From the NCBI GenBank assembly GCA_031400455.1, contig JANNPX010000025.1, forward strand, positions 64,345 through 128,344: DNA of 64,000 nt, written 5' to 3'. Below are positions 51,817-60,953 of the stretch, in pieces; the first letter of the stretch is position 1, and every line of letters starts with the position of its first letter. Source of the DNA: Chloroflexota bacterium. GTDB taxonomy: Bacteria > Chloroflexota > Dehalococcoidia > DSTF01 > JACRBR01. The position numbers and the translations under genes were made by a program. Below the pieces are notes generated by a model that saw nothing but the letters and a program-made list of their open reading frames with translations, was not told the DNA's origin and did no database searches.

Positions 51817-54288
51817 TCACGCGGACGCTTTGGCCAGCTCGGGCTCGTCGGCCGATTCGTCGACGGGGCCCTTCCACTCGCACTTCGTGCATTTCGCCTC
51901 ACTCTTGCCCGCCATGACGACGAGGCCGGCGCAGTCCGGGCAGGGTTGCTTCAGCGGGCGCGTATTGCTCGTGAAGTCACAGGCAGGATACTTCTCGCAC
52001 CCGTAGAAGGTGCGCGCGCGGCCCCGGCGCGTCTTGCGCTCGATGATCTCGCCGCCATCCTTCGGGCAAAGTACGCCGATCTTCTGCGCGATCGAGCGTC
52101 GCGTCTTGCACTCTGGATACTGCGTGCACTCGAGGAACTGGCCGAACGGGCCGCGCTTGCTCACCATGGGCGACTCGCAAACCGGGCACTTCTCGTCGGT
52201 GGGCTGCGGTTCGGGCGCGGCGTCCTCGCCCAGCGGGCGGGAGCTCTTGCAGTCGGGAAATCCGCTGCACGCGAGGAACTGGCCGAAGCGCCCCCAGCGG
52301 ACGATCATCGGCTTGCCGCACTTCTCGCACTTCTCGTCCGTCTGCTGCTCGACGCGGGGAACGTCGACGACCCGCCCGAGCGCGAGTTCCAGCGGATCGT
52401 AGAACTCTTGGACGACGGTCGGCCAGGCGCGCTCGCCGTTGGCCACGTCGTCGAGTTCGTCTTCCATGCGCGCGGTGAAGCCCACGTCCACGACTTCCGG
52501 GAAGTGCTCCGTCAGCATGTCGCTGACGATGAATCCCAACTCCTCCGGCTTCAGTGCGCGTCCATCCTTCAGCACGTAGTTGCGGTCTTGAATCGTCGAC
52601 ATGATGGCCGCGTACGTGGACGGGCGGCCGATGCCGTTCTCTTCGAGCGCCTTCACGAGCGTTGCTTCCGTGAAGCGCGGCGGCGGCTCGGTGAAGTGCT
52701 GGTCGGGCGTGACCTGGAGCAGGCGTAGCAGGTCGCGCTCGTTGAGGTCGGGCAGCGTCTTCTCCGCGTCCTCATCGTCGTCGGTGTCCCGGCCCTCGAT
52801 GTAAACCTGCCGGAATCCCGGGAACCGCATGTGGCTGGCGGACGCGCGCAGCAGGTAGGGCGCCGGTTGCGTATCGACGGCCGCGTCGATTTCGGCGCTG
52901 ACCTGGTCGAACACAGCGTCCGCCATCTGGCACGCGAGGAACCGCTGCCAGATGAGCGTGTAGAGTTTGGCCTGGTCACCCGTCAACGACTTGCTCAGAC
53001 TCGCAGGGTCGCGGAAGGCCGATGTCGGACGGATCGCTTCGTGGGCCTCTTGCGCGCCCTTCGACTTCGTCTTGTAGAAGCGCGGTTCGGTCGGCACAAA
53101 GTCCGCGCCGTAGCGCTGCGCGATGGCGCCCCGCACCTCGTTGCGCGCGGTCTCTGCGATGTTCAGCGAGTCGGTGCGCATGTAGGTGATGAGACCGACC
53201 TGACCCTGGCCCGGTACCTTCAACCCTTCGTAGAGCTGCTGCGCAACGGCCATCGTGCGCTTGGCCGAGAACCCGAAGCGGCGTGAGGCTTCCTGCTGCA
53301 GCGTGCTCGTCGTGAACGGCGGCGAGGGCCGGCGCAACTGCTGCTTCTTCTTCACGTCGCGCACGCTGTAGGCCGCGCGCCGCAGATCGGCGGTGATCGT
53401 CTGCGCTTGTTCGCCCGTGCCGATTTCGGCCTTCTTCGTGCCGGGCAGGCCGGCGAGACGTGCGGCAAACGCCTGGCCGTCGGCGTCCGCCTGCTTGGCG
53501 AGTTGCGTCTCGATCGTCCAGTACTCCTGCGGCACGAATGCCTGGATCTCGCGCTCGCGGTCGACGACCATCTTCAACGCAGGCGACTGTACGCGGCCCG
53601 CGCTCAGCCCGCGGCGGATCTTGCTCCAGAGCACGGGGCTGATCTTGTAGCCGACGAGGCGGTCGAGGACGCGGCGTCCCTGCTGGGCGTCGACGATGCG
53701 CATATCGATCTCGCGCGGGTGCTCAAAGGCCTCGTGGATGGCGTCCGCCGTGATTTCGTGGAACTCGACGCGCTGGTATCCCTTCGTCGCCAGGTCCATC
53801 GCTTCCATGAGGTGCCACGAGATCGCCTCGCCCTCGCGGTCGGGGTCTGTGGCGAGGTAGACCTGCTTCGCGTCCTTGGCGGCAGCCTTGAGCTGCTTGA
53901 CGACTTCCTTCTTGTCCTTCGGGACGATGTAGCGCGGCGCGAAGCTGTCGTCGACGTTGACGCCTAGCTGCGACTTCGGCAGGTCGCGCACGTGGCCGAT
54001 CGAGGCGCGCACATCGTAGTCGCGGCCCAGAATGCTCGAGAGGGTGCGCGCCTTCGCGGGGGACTCGACGATAACGAGCCGCTTGCCCTTGGCGCTACGG
54101 GTCGTCGGCGCGTTGGCGCCAGCTGCCTTTGAGGGCGCCTTCTTCTTCTTGGCAGCCGGCTTCTTTTTGGCGCCCGCCTTCTTGGCAGCCGGCTTCTTCG
54201 CCTTGGGAGGCGCGGGAGCCTTTACCTCTATAGGCGTGATCGCCTGTCCGGTGCCGGTTGGGGCTTCGATGCCCATTTCGTCTGCCAT
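51817..54288 (-). CDS. topA: DNA topoisomerase I with Lys/Ala/Pro-rich N-terminal tail and four C-terminal zinc ribbons
   Basis: TOPRIM LVIVESPAKA and the active-site Tyr region. KAKKPAAKKAGAKKKPAAKKKK tail. Four Cys4 ribbons near the C-terminus. Confidence 0.92.
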   Translation of the reverse strand: MADEMGIEAPTGTGQAITPIEVKAPAPPKAKKPAAKKAGAKKKPAAKKKKAPSKAAGANAPTTRSAKGKRLVIVESPAKARTLSSILGRDYDVRASIGHVRDLPKSQLGVNVDDSFAPRYIVPKDKKEVVKQLKAAAKDAKQVYLATDPDREGEAISWHLMEAMDLATKGYQRVEFHEITADAIHEAFEHPREIDMRIVDAQQGRRVLDRLVGYKISPVLWSKIRRGLSAGRVQSPALKMVVDREREIQAFVPQEYWTIETQLAKQADADGQAFAARLAGLPGTKKAEIGTGEQAQTITADLRRAAYSVRDVKKKQQLRRPSPPFTTSTLQQEASRRFGFSAKRTMAVAQQLYEGLKVPGQGQVGLITYMRTDSLNIAETARNEVRGAIAQRYGADFVPTEPRFYKTKSKGAQEAHEAIRPTSAFRDPASLSKSLTGDQAKLYTLIWQRFLACQMADAVFDQVSAEIDAAVDTQPAPYLLRASASHMRFPGFRQVYIEGRDTDDDEDAEKTLPDLNERDLLRLLQVTPDQHFTEPPPRFTEATLVKALEENGIGRPSTYAAIMSTIQDRNYVLKDGRALKPEELGFIVSDMLTEHFPEVVDVGFTARMEDELDDVANGERAWPTVVQEFYDPLELALGRVVDVPRVEQQTDEKCEKCGKPMIVRWGRFGQFLACSGFPDCKSSRPLGEDAAPEPQPTDEKCPVCESPMVSKRGPFGQFLECTQYPECKTRRSIAQKIGVLCPKDGGEIIERKTRRGRARTFYGCEKYPACDFTSNTRPLKQPCPDCAGLVVMAGKSEAKCTKCEWKGPVDESADEPELAKASA

Positions 54289-54611
54289 CAGCTTCTTTCT
54301 TCTCCTGCCCACGCAGGCCCCGAGTGTTATACACGACGCGGACGGCGGCACAACAGCTTCTTCGGTTGGGGGTACGTCCGTCTGAATACGGCCGCAGCCG
54401 CGTTCAGAACCGGCGATTCACCCTCAACGTCAGTGGGTCGCTGCTCTTCGAGCGTAGCAGGCCATGTCAAGCCCGGCGCGCTGGGAGCGTCAAATCAGCC
54501 CTCGCCGACGCTCGGCGACCGACACGTGAGAGTGACAGAGGCCACGGCACGGGCGTACCCGCGGAGCTTCAGCTCCGCCCCGCTCATCGCTTCGAGCTGA
54601 GAGCATCGAAG

Positions 54612-54631
54612 TAGGGGCACGCGGTGGCGTG
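54612..54631. repeat. 20-bp exact copy of TAGGGGCACGCGGTGGCGTG (also at 10087-10106)
   Basis: Identical 20-mer including the hairpin GCACGC-ggtg-GCGTG. Confidence 0.8.
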
Positions 54632-54652
54632 TCCTCGCGCAGCGAAGCGTCG

Positions 54653-55192
54653 CTACGGCGTGGCGAGCAGTTTGCGCACCAGCGGCGGCATCAGTGCGGC
54701 GAGCGGCGAGGCCGGTTCGGAGACGTCGTTGACTTCGAACCCTCGCGGCGTCGTGCGCCACGTGCGGTAGCCACCGACGGGGATCTTGAGCCGCTTGCAG
54801 ATACGCTTGGCCGCGGCGCCGTAGCCGACGGGCACGTAGAGGTAGAAGATCTGATCGGGGATGGCCGCGTATCGCGCCCAGGCGCGCTGCGCTTCGCCCT
54901 CGGTTACGCCTTCGATGTCGACGACCGCAGCCGTCATCACCAGCTTCGTCTCGCCGGTGCTCACCTTCTCGACGACGATGATGTCCGGCGCGATCTGCTC
55001 GTCGCCGACCTGCACGGCCATCGTCACCGCCGGCACGTTACTGTGCGCCCGGTACGCCGGGTGCTCCTTCGTTGGGAAGGTGAACCGCGCCTCGACCACA
55101 CCCTGCACCGCCTTCACGAGCGACTCATCCTTCGAGCGCGTGGTCCGGTTCAGCAGCGTATCGACGTCTTCCCAGCGCGTATCGAGAGTCAT
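54653..55192 (-). CDS. hypothetical protein
   Basis: Possible PD...ExK arrangement (PDIIVVEKVSTGETK); GGAGGG RBS; no firm family. Confidence 0.45.
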   Translation of the reverse strand: MTLDTRWEDVDTLLNRTTRSKDESLVKAVQGVVEARFTFPTKEHPAYRAHSNVPAVTMAVQVGDEQIAPDIIVVEKVSTGETKLVMTAAVVDIEGVTEGEAQRAWARYAAIPDQIFYLYVPVGYGAAAKRICKRLKIPVGGYRTWRTTPRGFEVNDVSEPASPLAALMPPLVRKLLATP

Positions 55193-55263
55193 GTAGCCCT
55201 CCGGTGAGGCAGCGGTAGATTCGCCCGCAGATTAGTGCACGCCGTCACGAAGTTCAAGCGGAG

Positions 55264-55351
55264 TGGCGGAGGGGGTGGGATTCGAACCCACGGTGGTTTG
55301 AGCCACAACCGTTTTCAAGACGGTCTCCATAGTCCACTCGGACACCCCTCC
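55264..55351 (-). tRNA. tRNA-Ser (anticodon UGA), CCA encoded
   Basis: GGAGGGGTGTCCGAGTGG...ACCGT-cTTGAaa-ACGGT...long variable arm...GTGGGTTCGAATCCCAC-CCCTCCGCCA, 88 nt. Confidence 0.9.
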
Positions 55352-55467
55352 GTTCGGTGCAATTGTAGGGGATTGGTCTTCAGTCGTCAGTTGAAGGTCG
55401 TCGGGGGCGGCGTCCGATCGGCTCTGTTACCATGCGCCGTGTTGGCGAACCGCGACGAGTTCCCGCG

Positions 55468-55515
55468 AAGCTGACCCGCTGACAGGCTGACCCGCTGACT
55501 AGCTGAAAGCTACCC
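55468..55515. repeat. octamer tandem array NNGCTGAC x5-6
   Basis: AAGCTGAC CCGCTGAC AGGCTGAC CCGCTGAC TAGCTGAA AGCTACCC, immediately before the GTG of the GT4 gene. Confidence 0.8.
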
Positions 55516-56802
55516 GTGAAGATCTGCTTCCTCATGTACCAGGGCAACATGTACTCGGGCGGGCAGGGCGTATACCTGTTCTACCTGACGCGCGAACTGG
55601 CGCGCATGGGGCACGAGGTGCATGTCATCGCAGGGCCGCCGTACCCGACACTCGATGAGCGCGTGACGACGCACAACGTCACCGACTACAGCTACTGGAC
55701 GTACCACCACTACAAGAAGGACTTCGTCTTCAACCGGCCGCCGCTCAGCTACTTCCACCCGGTCAACCTCTACGACTTCATCTCGACGCGCATCGCCCTG
55801 TCGTCGCTGCTGGCGAACTTCAGCGTGCGGGCGTACTTCAAGCTGCGTGAGCTGGCGCGCGAGCATCGATTCGACGTCGTGCACGACAACCAGACGCTGA
55901 GCTACGGAGTCTGGGCAACGCACGCAAGCGGCTTTCCGCTGGTGGCGACGATCCACCATCCGCTGTCGTACGACCTGAAAAACCAGCTCCGGCAGGCGCG
56001 CTCCACGTACGAGAAGGCACGTCGCATCCTCTGGTCGCCGTGGTACATGCAGGAGTGGACGGCGAAGAGCGTCGACCGCGTGATCGTCGTGTCCGAGACA
56101 TCGCGCGTCGACGTCGAGGAGGCGTTCCAGCTTCCACCCGAGAAGGTGCGCACCGTGTACAACGGCATCGACGTCGACACCTTCCGGCCGCTGCGGGGTG
56201 TCGAGCGCCAGCCCGACAAGCTGCTGTACGTCGGCAACTCCGAGGATCGCAACAAGGGCGCGCGCTACTTCCTCAAGGCGCTCGACATCCTCAAGGACGA
56301 GATTGACTTCCGCGTCACCTTCGTCGACAACGTGAAGCACAACCTGAAGCTGGCGCCGAAGCTGGTCGATGACTACGGCCTGAATTCGCGCGTCGACTTC
56401 ACCGGCCGCATCCCGACGGAAGACCTCGTGCGCCACTACAACGAGGCGAAGCTGCTCGTCACGTCGTCGGTACACGAGGGGTTCGGGCTGCCGCTCGCGG
56501 AGGCGATGTCGTGCGGCACGCCGACCGTCGCGACCGATATCGGCGCGTACCGGGAGATCGTCGAGCACGGCAAGAGCGGCTGGCTGGTGCCGCCGTCCGA
56601 TCCGCGGGCGCTTGCGGACGCGATCCGTATGATGTGGAATGACGTTGGCCTTCGTCAGCGGCTCAGCGAGGGCGGCCGCCAGCGCATCGAGGAGAAGTTC
56701 AACTGGCGGAAGGCCGCCGAGGAGACGCTGGCCGTGTACGAGGAGATAGTCCCGGCCAAACGCCGCACCTTCGCCATGCCGGAACAGGTTCCGGGCGCGT
56801 AG
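55516..56802 (+). CDS. GT4-family glycosyltransferase (GT-B, PimA-like), paralog 1
   Basis: GTG start; MYQGNMYSGGQGVYLFYLTRELARMGHEVHV; C-terminal EX7E-like region. Confidence 0.85.
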   Translation: MKICFLMYQGNMYSGGQGVYLFYLTRELARMGHEVHVIAGPPYPTLDERVTTHNVTDYSYWTYHHYKKDFVFNRPPLSYFHPVNLYDFISTRIALSSLLANFSVRAYFKLRELAREHRFDVVHDNQTLSYGVWATHASGFPLVATIHHPLSYDLKNQLRQARSTYEKARRILWSPWYMQEWTAKSVDRVIVVSETSRVDVEEAFQLPPEKVRTVYNGIDVDTFRPLRGVERQPDKLLYVGNSEDRNKGARYFLKALDILKDEIDFRVTFVDNVKHNLKLAPKLVDDYGLNSRVDFTGRIPTEDLVRHYNEAKLLVTSSVHEGFGLPLAEAMSCGTPTVATDIGAYREIVEHGKSGWLVPPSDPRALADAIRMMWNDVGLRQRLSEGGRQRIEEKFNWRKAAEETLAVYEEIVPAKRRTFAMPEQVPGA

Positions 56803-56817
56803 TTCCAGGTTTTCAAC

Positions 56818-57588
56818 TTGCCCGACAACATCGTCAACGTCGATTTCAAGCGCCACTTCCAAATCGAGCCCGGCGAGCGCGTGCTTGACCTCGGCTGCGG
56901 CAACGGCCGTCACACCATGGAAGCCGCGCGCTACCCCGGGCGTATCGTCGGCCTAGACTTCTCACGCGATGATCTGGTTGCGGCCAAGTTCATGTACGAC
57001 GATATGGTGCGGCAGGGGAAGATCCGCGGCCGCGCCGACTTCATCGTCGGGGACGCCCAGAACCTGCCGTTCAAAGACGGAGCGTTCGACAAGTCTCTCT
57101 GCACCGAGGTCTTCGAGCACATCCCGGACGACCGCCGCGGCATCGCGGAGTTCCTGCGCGTCACGAAGCCTGGCGCGCAGACGGTCGTCAGCATCCCGGC
57201 GTACTGGCCGGAGCGGGCGTACTGGGCGCTGAGTTGGGATTACTGGCACTCGCCGGGCGGACACGTGCGGTGGTACCGTCCGGGGCAGATGCGGCAGATC
57301 CTCGAAGAGAGCGGTATGGATGTCGAGTTCCAGCGGCGGCGGCATTCGTCGCAGAGCTTCTACTGGTTCCTGCGCTGCATCCACGGCCTGCCGAACGAGA
57401 ACTTCTTGCCGGTGCGCCTGACGTGGAAGCTGATCAACGTCCACCACAACCGCCGCCTCAAGCTGCTCGAATACATCGAGACGATCGCGAACCTCGTCAT
57501 CGGCAAGGATCTGATCCACTACGGCCACAAGCGCGGAGCGGCGAAGACGGCCGAGCCGGCGCACGAATTTGCCGGCGTGTCGCGCTAG
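56818..57588 (+). CDS. class I SAM-dependent methyltransferase, paralog 1
   Basis: VLDLGCGNGRH and LPFKDGAFD; TTG start. Confidence 0.8.
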   Translation: MPDNIVNVDFKRHFQIEPGERVLDLGCGNGRHTMEAARYPGRIVGLDFSRDDLVAAKFMYDDMVRQGKIRGRADFIVGDAQNLPFKDGAFDKSLCTEVFEHIPDDRRGIAEFLRVTKPGAQTVVSIPAYWPERAYWALSWDYWHSPGGHVRWYRPGQMRQILEESGMDVEFQRRRHSSQSFYWFLRCIHGLPNENFLPVRLTWKLINVHHNRRLKLLEYIETIANLVIGKDLIHYGHKRGAAKTAEPAHEFAGVSR

Positions 57589-57605
57589 CTCGCGAGGCTC
57601 CACGA

Positions 57606-59000
57606 ATGACCATCCAGAACGCGAGGCGCCTGCCATCTTCGGCGGAGATGACCGAGCGGTTGCAGTCGTGGATCGAGCGCTTTCGCGTTACCGGCGCGTC
57701 GATCGCTTGGATGCACGGCGACGAGGTCGCGACCGCTGCGGCGGGCGCAATTAACCTGAACACGGGCGTCGACGTCACGCAGGATACGCTGTTTCAGATC
57801 GGCTCGATTACCAAGATCTACACGACGACGCTGATCATGCAGCTCGTGGATGAAGGGCGGATCGAACTCGACGCGCCGGCGACGAATTACCTTCCCGAAC
57901 TGAGGTTCGGCAACGGAACAGCGTCGCGCACAGTCACAATCCGCCAGTTGCTCACGCACACGAGCGGCGTTGATGGCGACTTCTTCGACGACTTCGGGCG
58001 TGGCGACGATTGTGTTGAGAAGTACGTGGCTGCGTGCGGGAACCTGCCGGAGGTCTTCCCGGCCGGCACCATGTGGTCGTACTGTAATGCCGGCTTCGTG
58101 GTGCTTGGGCGCATCGTCGAGTTGATGACCGGCATGAACTGGGACGCCGCACTCAAGACGCGCATCCTCGACCCGATTGGCGCGTCCCACACTGTCACGC
58201 TTCCCGAGGTGGCGCTGTTGCACCGCACGTCTGTTGGACATGGATTCAACCTATCGCTACAGATCGAGCGCAGCCCGTACTGGAATCTCGCGCGTGCCGC
58301 CGGACCGGCAGGAGCTACTCCGTGCGCAACGGCGGCGGATCTGCTGACGTTCGCGAAAGTGCACATCGACGGCGGCGTTGCCGTAGGCGGCGCGCGCGTC
58401 CTGTCCGAAGCGTCCGTCCGGGCGATGCAGCAGTCGCAGTTCGACCTGCCGCGGGTGCCCGGTGAGGGAGCAGCGCACTGGGGACTCGGCTGGATGCTGT
58501 TCGACTGGGACGGGCGCCGAGTCATCGGCCACGACGGCGGTACGATCGGCCAGCTCTCGTCTCTGCGCATCCTGCCCGAGGAGCGCTTCACCGTTGCTGT
58601 CCTGACCAACACGACCCCAACGGGCGGGTTGCTCGGTAGCCGTGTCATGCGCTGGCTGTTCGAAGAGACGCTTGGCATCGAGATGCCGGCGCGGCCGAAG
58701 CCACCGGAATCGCCGGTAGAGATGGATGTGCGACCTTACGCCGGCGTGTACGAGCGGCTCGGGCTGCGCGTGGACATAGCGGAGAAGGACGGTCAGCTGT
58801 CGGCGAAGTACACGGGCAGCGGTGCGCTCTCGGATCTTCAAATCGATCAGCCGCCATACGACCTGATACCGGTCGAGCACGGGCTATTCGTCGAGAGGAA
58901 CCCATACACGGGGACGTACGCTCCCGTGACGTTCAGTGGATTTGAGAACGGGCGTCCGCGCTTTATAGAAGCGACACGCGTCGCACGGCGCGTAGGCTAG
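57606..59000 (+). CDS. serine hydrolase, beta-lactamase/transpeptidase fold (class C / esterase-like)
   Basis: SxxK motif IGSITKIY and later YxN/HxG-like elements; start trimmed to the ATG at 57606. Confidence 0.8.
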   Translation: MTIQNARRLPSSAEMTERLQSWIERFRVTGASIAWMHGDEVATAAAGAINLNTGVDVTQDTLFQIGSITKIYTTTLIMQLVDEGRIELDAPATNYLPELRFGNGTASRTVTIRQLLTHTSGVDGDFFDDFGRGDDCVEKYVAACGNLPEVFPAGTMWSYCNAGFVVLGRIVELMTGMNWDAALKTRILDPIGASHTVTLPEVALLHRTSVGHGFNLSLQIERSPYWNLARAAGPAGATPCATAADLLTFAKVHIDGGVAVGGARVLSEASVRAMQQSQFDLPRVPGEGAAHWGLGWMLFDWDGRRVIGHDGGTIGQLSSLRILPEERFTVAVLTNTTPTGGLLGSRVMRWLFEETLGIEMPARPKPPESPVEMDVRPYAGVYERLGLRVDIAEKDGQLSAKYTGSGALSDLQIDQPPYDLIPVEHGLFVERNPYTGTYAPVTFSGFENGRPRFIEATRVARRVG

Positions 59001-59043
59001 CTCCCTGCGTCGGCGCGCCGCAATCCGCTACCATGCCCCCGAT

Positions 59044-60489
59044 ATGGTGTCCACGCTCGACCGCTTCCAGTCCATCGATCCCGCGCTGCTCGATATCGGG
59101 CCCGCGGATCGCGTCATCGATCTGGGCTGCGGCACGGGGCGTCACGTGCTGGAACTTTCGAAGATCCCGGCCGACATCATCGGCGCTGACATCTCGCGCA
59201 CCGATATCCGCGCCGGGCGCTACCTGCTCGAGATCATGCGGCGACGCGACGAAGTGAAGGCGCGCGTCCACTGGCTGCAGACGGCGGGGGAGCGGCTGCC
59301 GTTCAAGGATGGCGCCTTCGACCGCGTCATCTGCACCGAGACGCTGGAGCACGTCGACGACGAACACGTGCTGGCGCGCGAGCTGGCTCGCGTGCTCAAG
59401 CCAGGGGGCATCCTGGCGATCAGCGTGCCAGACGAGTACTCCGAGAAGGTGTTCTGGAAGCTGTCGAAGAACTACCGCACGCATGCTGGTGGGCATGTCC
59501 GCATCTTCGGCCGCAGTGAGATCGTGCGCCTCATGCGCACATCCGGGCTGGAGCCGTACGCCGTTCGCTATCGTCACTCGCTCGAGACGGTGTACTGGCT
59601 CAGCCACGTCGCGTTCTGGAGCGACTGGGGCAAGCAGGGGCCGATCACCAGCGCCTTCCGCCGCATCCTCGACTCGCAGCGGGCGCGCGCATCCGGCATC
59701 GTCACCGCGCTCGATGACATCGGCAACCGCATCCTGCCGAAGAGCATCGTCGTATACAGCCGCAAACCGCTGCAAGGCGCGTCGCGCAACGGCGCGAGCA
59801 CCAACGGACACAGCCTCGTCGATATCGACGAGCGCACGAAGGTGGAAGTGCGAGCCGTACCAGCGCCGTTCGCCATCGATCCGGGCGCGCCGGTTGTCAC
59901 GGGTGACATCCCCGCGACCGCATTCTCATTGAAGGACGAACTGCGCATCGCGCTCAAGCTCGATCCGGAGCCGCAGAAGGCGCGGCTGATCGAGCTGCTG
60001 CGCTCGTGCCGCTTCAGCATGATGCGCGAAGTGCAGGCGCTCAGCGGCGAGCAAGCGTCGACGCCGTGGACGCCCGACGGCCGCTCGATGAAGGAGATTG
60101 TCGGGCACATCACGGGGTGGGAACGCTGGGCGACGGCCGCCCTCGATCAGATCGCGACGGGCGTCTCGGAGCCGTCCATCATGTCGCTCAGCGGCTACCC
60201 GGAGGGCATCCGCCGCTACGGTTCGGTCGAGGCGTTCAACGCCGCGCGCATGGGCGAAGCGCGCGAACAGCCATGGGCGGAGATCCTCGAGCAGAGCGAC
60301 GCGATCTTCGACGCACTGATCGCCGCAGCCGAACGTACGCCAGCCACGTCGCTATCACAGACCGCCGATTTCTTCTGGCCGGATCTCGGTGGGACGGTCC
60401 CTTGTGGCATGTATCTGCTGATGGTCTCCGCGTACCACTACCAGGAGGAACATCTGCCAGAGGTTGTCGGGCGAGTTGGTAGTTCGTAG
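59044..60489 (+). CDS. fusion: class I SAM methyltransferase (paralog 2) + C-terminal ClbS/DfsB-like (DUF1706) four-helix-bundle domain
   Basis: N-terminus: VIDLGCGTGRH and LPFKDGAFD. C-terminus: IVGHITGWERW ... AYHYQEEH. The stop TAG lies inside the heptamer array. Confidence 0.65.
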   Translation: MVSTLDRFQSIDPALLDIGPADRVIDLGCGTGRHVLELSKIPADIIGADISRTDIRAGRYLLEIMRRRDEVKARVHWLQTAGERLPFKDGAFDRVICTETLEHVDDEHVLARELARVLKPGGILAISVPDEYSEKVFWKLSKNYRTHAGGHVRIFGRSEIVRLMRTSGLEPYAVRYRHSLETVYWLSHVAFWSDWGKQGPITSAFRRILDSQRARASGIVTALDDIGNRILPKSIVVYSRKPLQGASRNGASTNGHSLVDIDERTKVEVRAVPAPFAIDPGAPVVTGDIPATAFSLKDELRIALKLDPEPQKARLIELLRSCRFSMMREVQALSGEQASTPWTPDGRSMKEIVGHITGWERWATAALDQIATGVSEPSIMSLSGYPEGIRRYGSVEAFNAARMGEAREQPWAEILEQSDAIFDALIAAAERTPATSLSQTADFFWPDLGGTVPCGMYLLMVSAYHYQEEHLPEVVGRVGSS

Positions 60490-60510
60490 TTGGCAGTTAG
60501 TAGTTCTTTG
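60476..60510. repeat. STRR-like heptamer array (left flank of the 4HB gene)
   Basis: TTGGTAG TTCGTAG TTGGCAG TTAGTAG TTCTTTG. Confidence 0.8.
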
Positions 60511-60529
60511 GTGCTGAGTTGGATGATGC

Positions 60530-60892
60530 GTGCAGGACTATAAGAAGCTCAAAGTGTGGGAGAAATCGCACGCGCTGACGCTCGCGGTCTACCGCGCCAC
60601 AAGCAAGTTCCCCAAGCACGAACAGTACGGGCTCGTCAGCCAACTGCAGCGCTGCTCCAGTTCCGTGCCGTCGAATATTGTCGAAGGTTGCGGCCTCAAC
60701 ACGAAGCCCGAACTTCTCAAGCATTTGCACTATGCGATGGGCTCGGCGAAAGAGATGGAATACCAGCTGCTACTTGCGAAGGACCTCGGCTACGTTCCGA
60801 ATGCGGCGTACGAATTGCTTGCGAAGGATGTGGACGAAGTCGAACGCATGCTCTCCGCCCTGATCTCGACGATCCGCCGAGGCAGCGCGTAG
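60530..60892 (+). CDS. four-helix-bundle protein (23S rRNA intervening-sequence protein / Avd-like family)
   Basis: WEKSHALTL...QLQRCSSSVPSNIVEG...GSAKEMEYQLLLAKDLGY is the typical signature of this family. GTG start. Markedly lower GC. Confidence 0.8.
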   Translation: MQDYKKLKVWEKSHALTLAVYRATSKFPKHEQYGLVSQLQRCSSSVPSNIVEGCGLNTKPELLKHLHYAMGSAKEMEYQLLLAKDLGYVPNAAYELLAKDVDEVERMLSALISTIRRGSA

Positions 60893-60899
60893 CGTGGAA

Positions 60900-60934
60900 G
60901 AACTACAAACCACAAACTACGAACTACAAACTCC
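60900..60934. repeat. STRR-like heptamer array, inverted orientation (right flank of the 4HB gene)
   Basis: GAACTAC AAACCAC AAACTAC GAACTAC AAACTCC, the reverse complement of the left-flank type. Confidence 0.8.
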
Positions 60935-60953
60935 CCTCAAAATCGCCTTCATC

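Noticed and set aside
37920-60934. Possibility that the tandem repeat arrays are CRISPR arrays
   Set aside because: Units are 7-9 nt with no unique spacers and no cas genes, so these are microsatellite/STRR-like repeats.
60894-60953. GTG-initiated N-terminal extension of GT4-2 translating the heptamer array (MEELQTTNYELQTPLK), and the same 'TTNYEL' in the extended ACAD ORF at 44865
   Set aside because: The peptide similarity is a by-product of translating the same DNA repeat. The paralog GT4-1 shows that the conserved N-terminus begins at MKI/FIM, so the arrays are treated as UTR, not coding.
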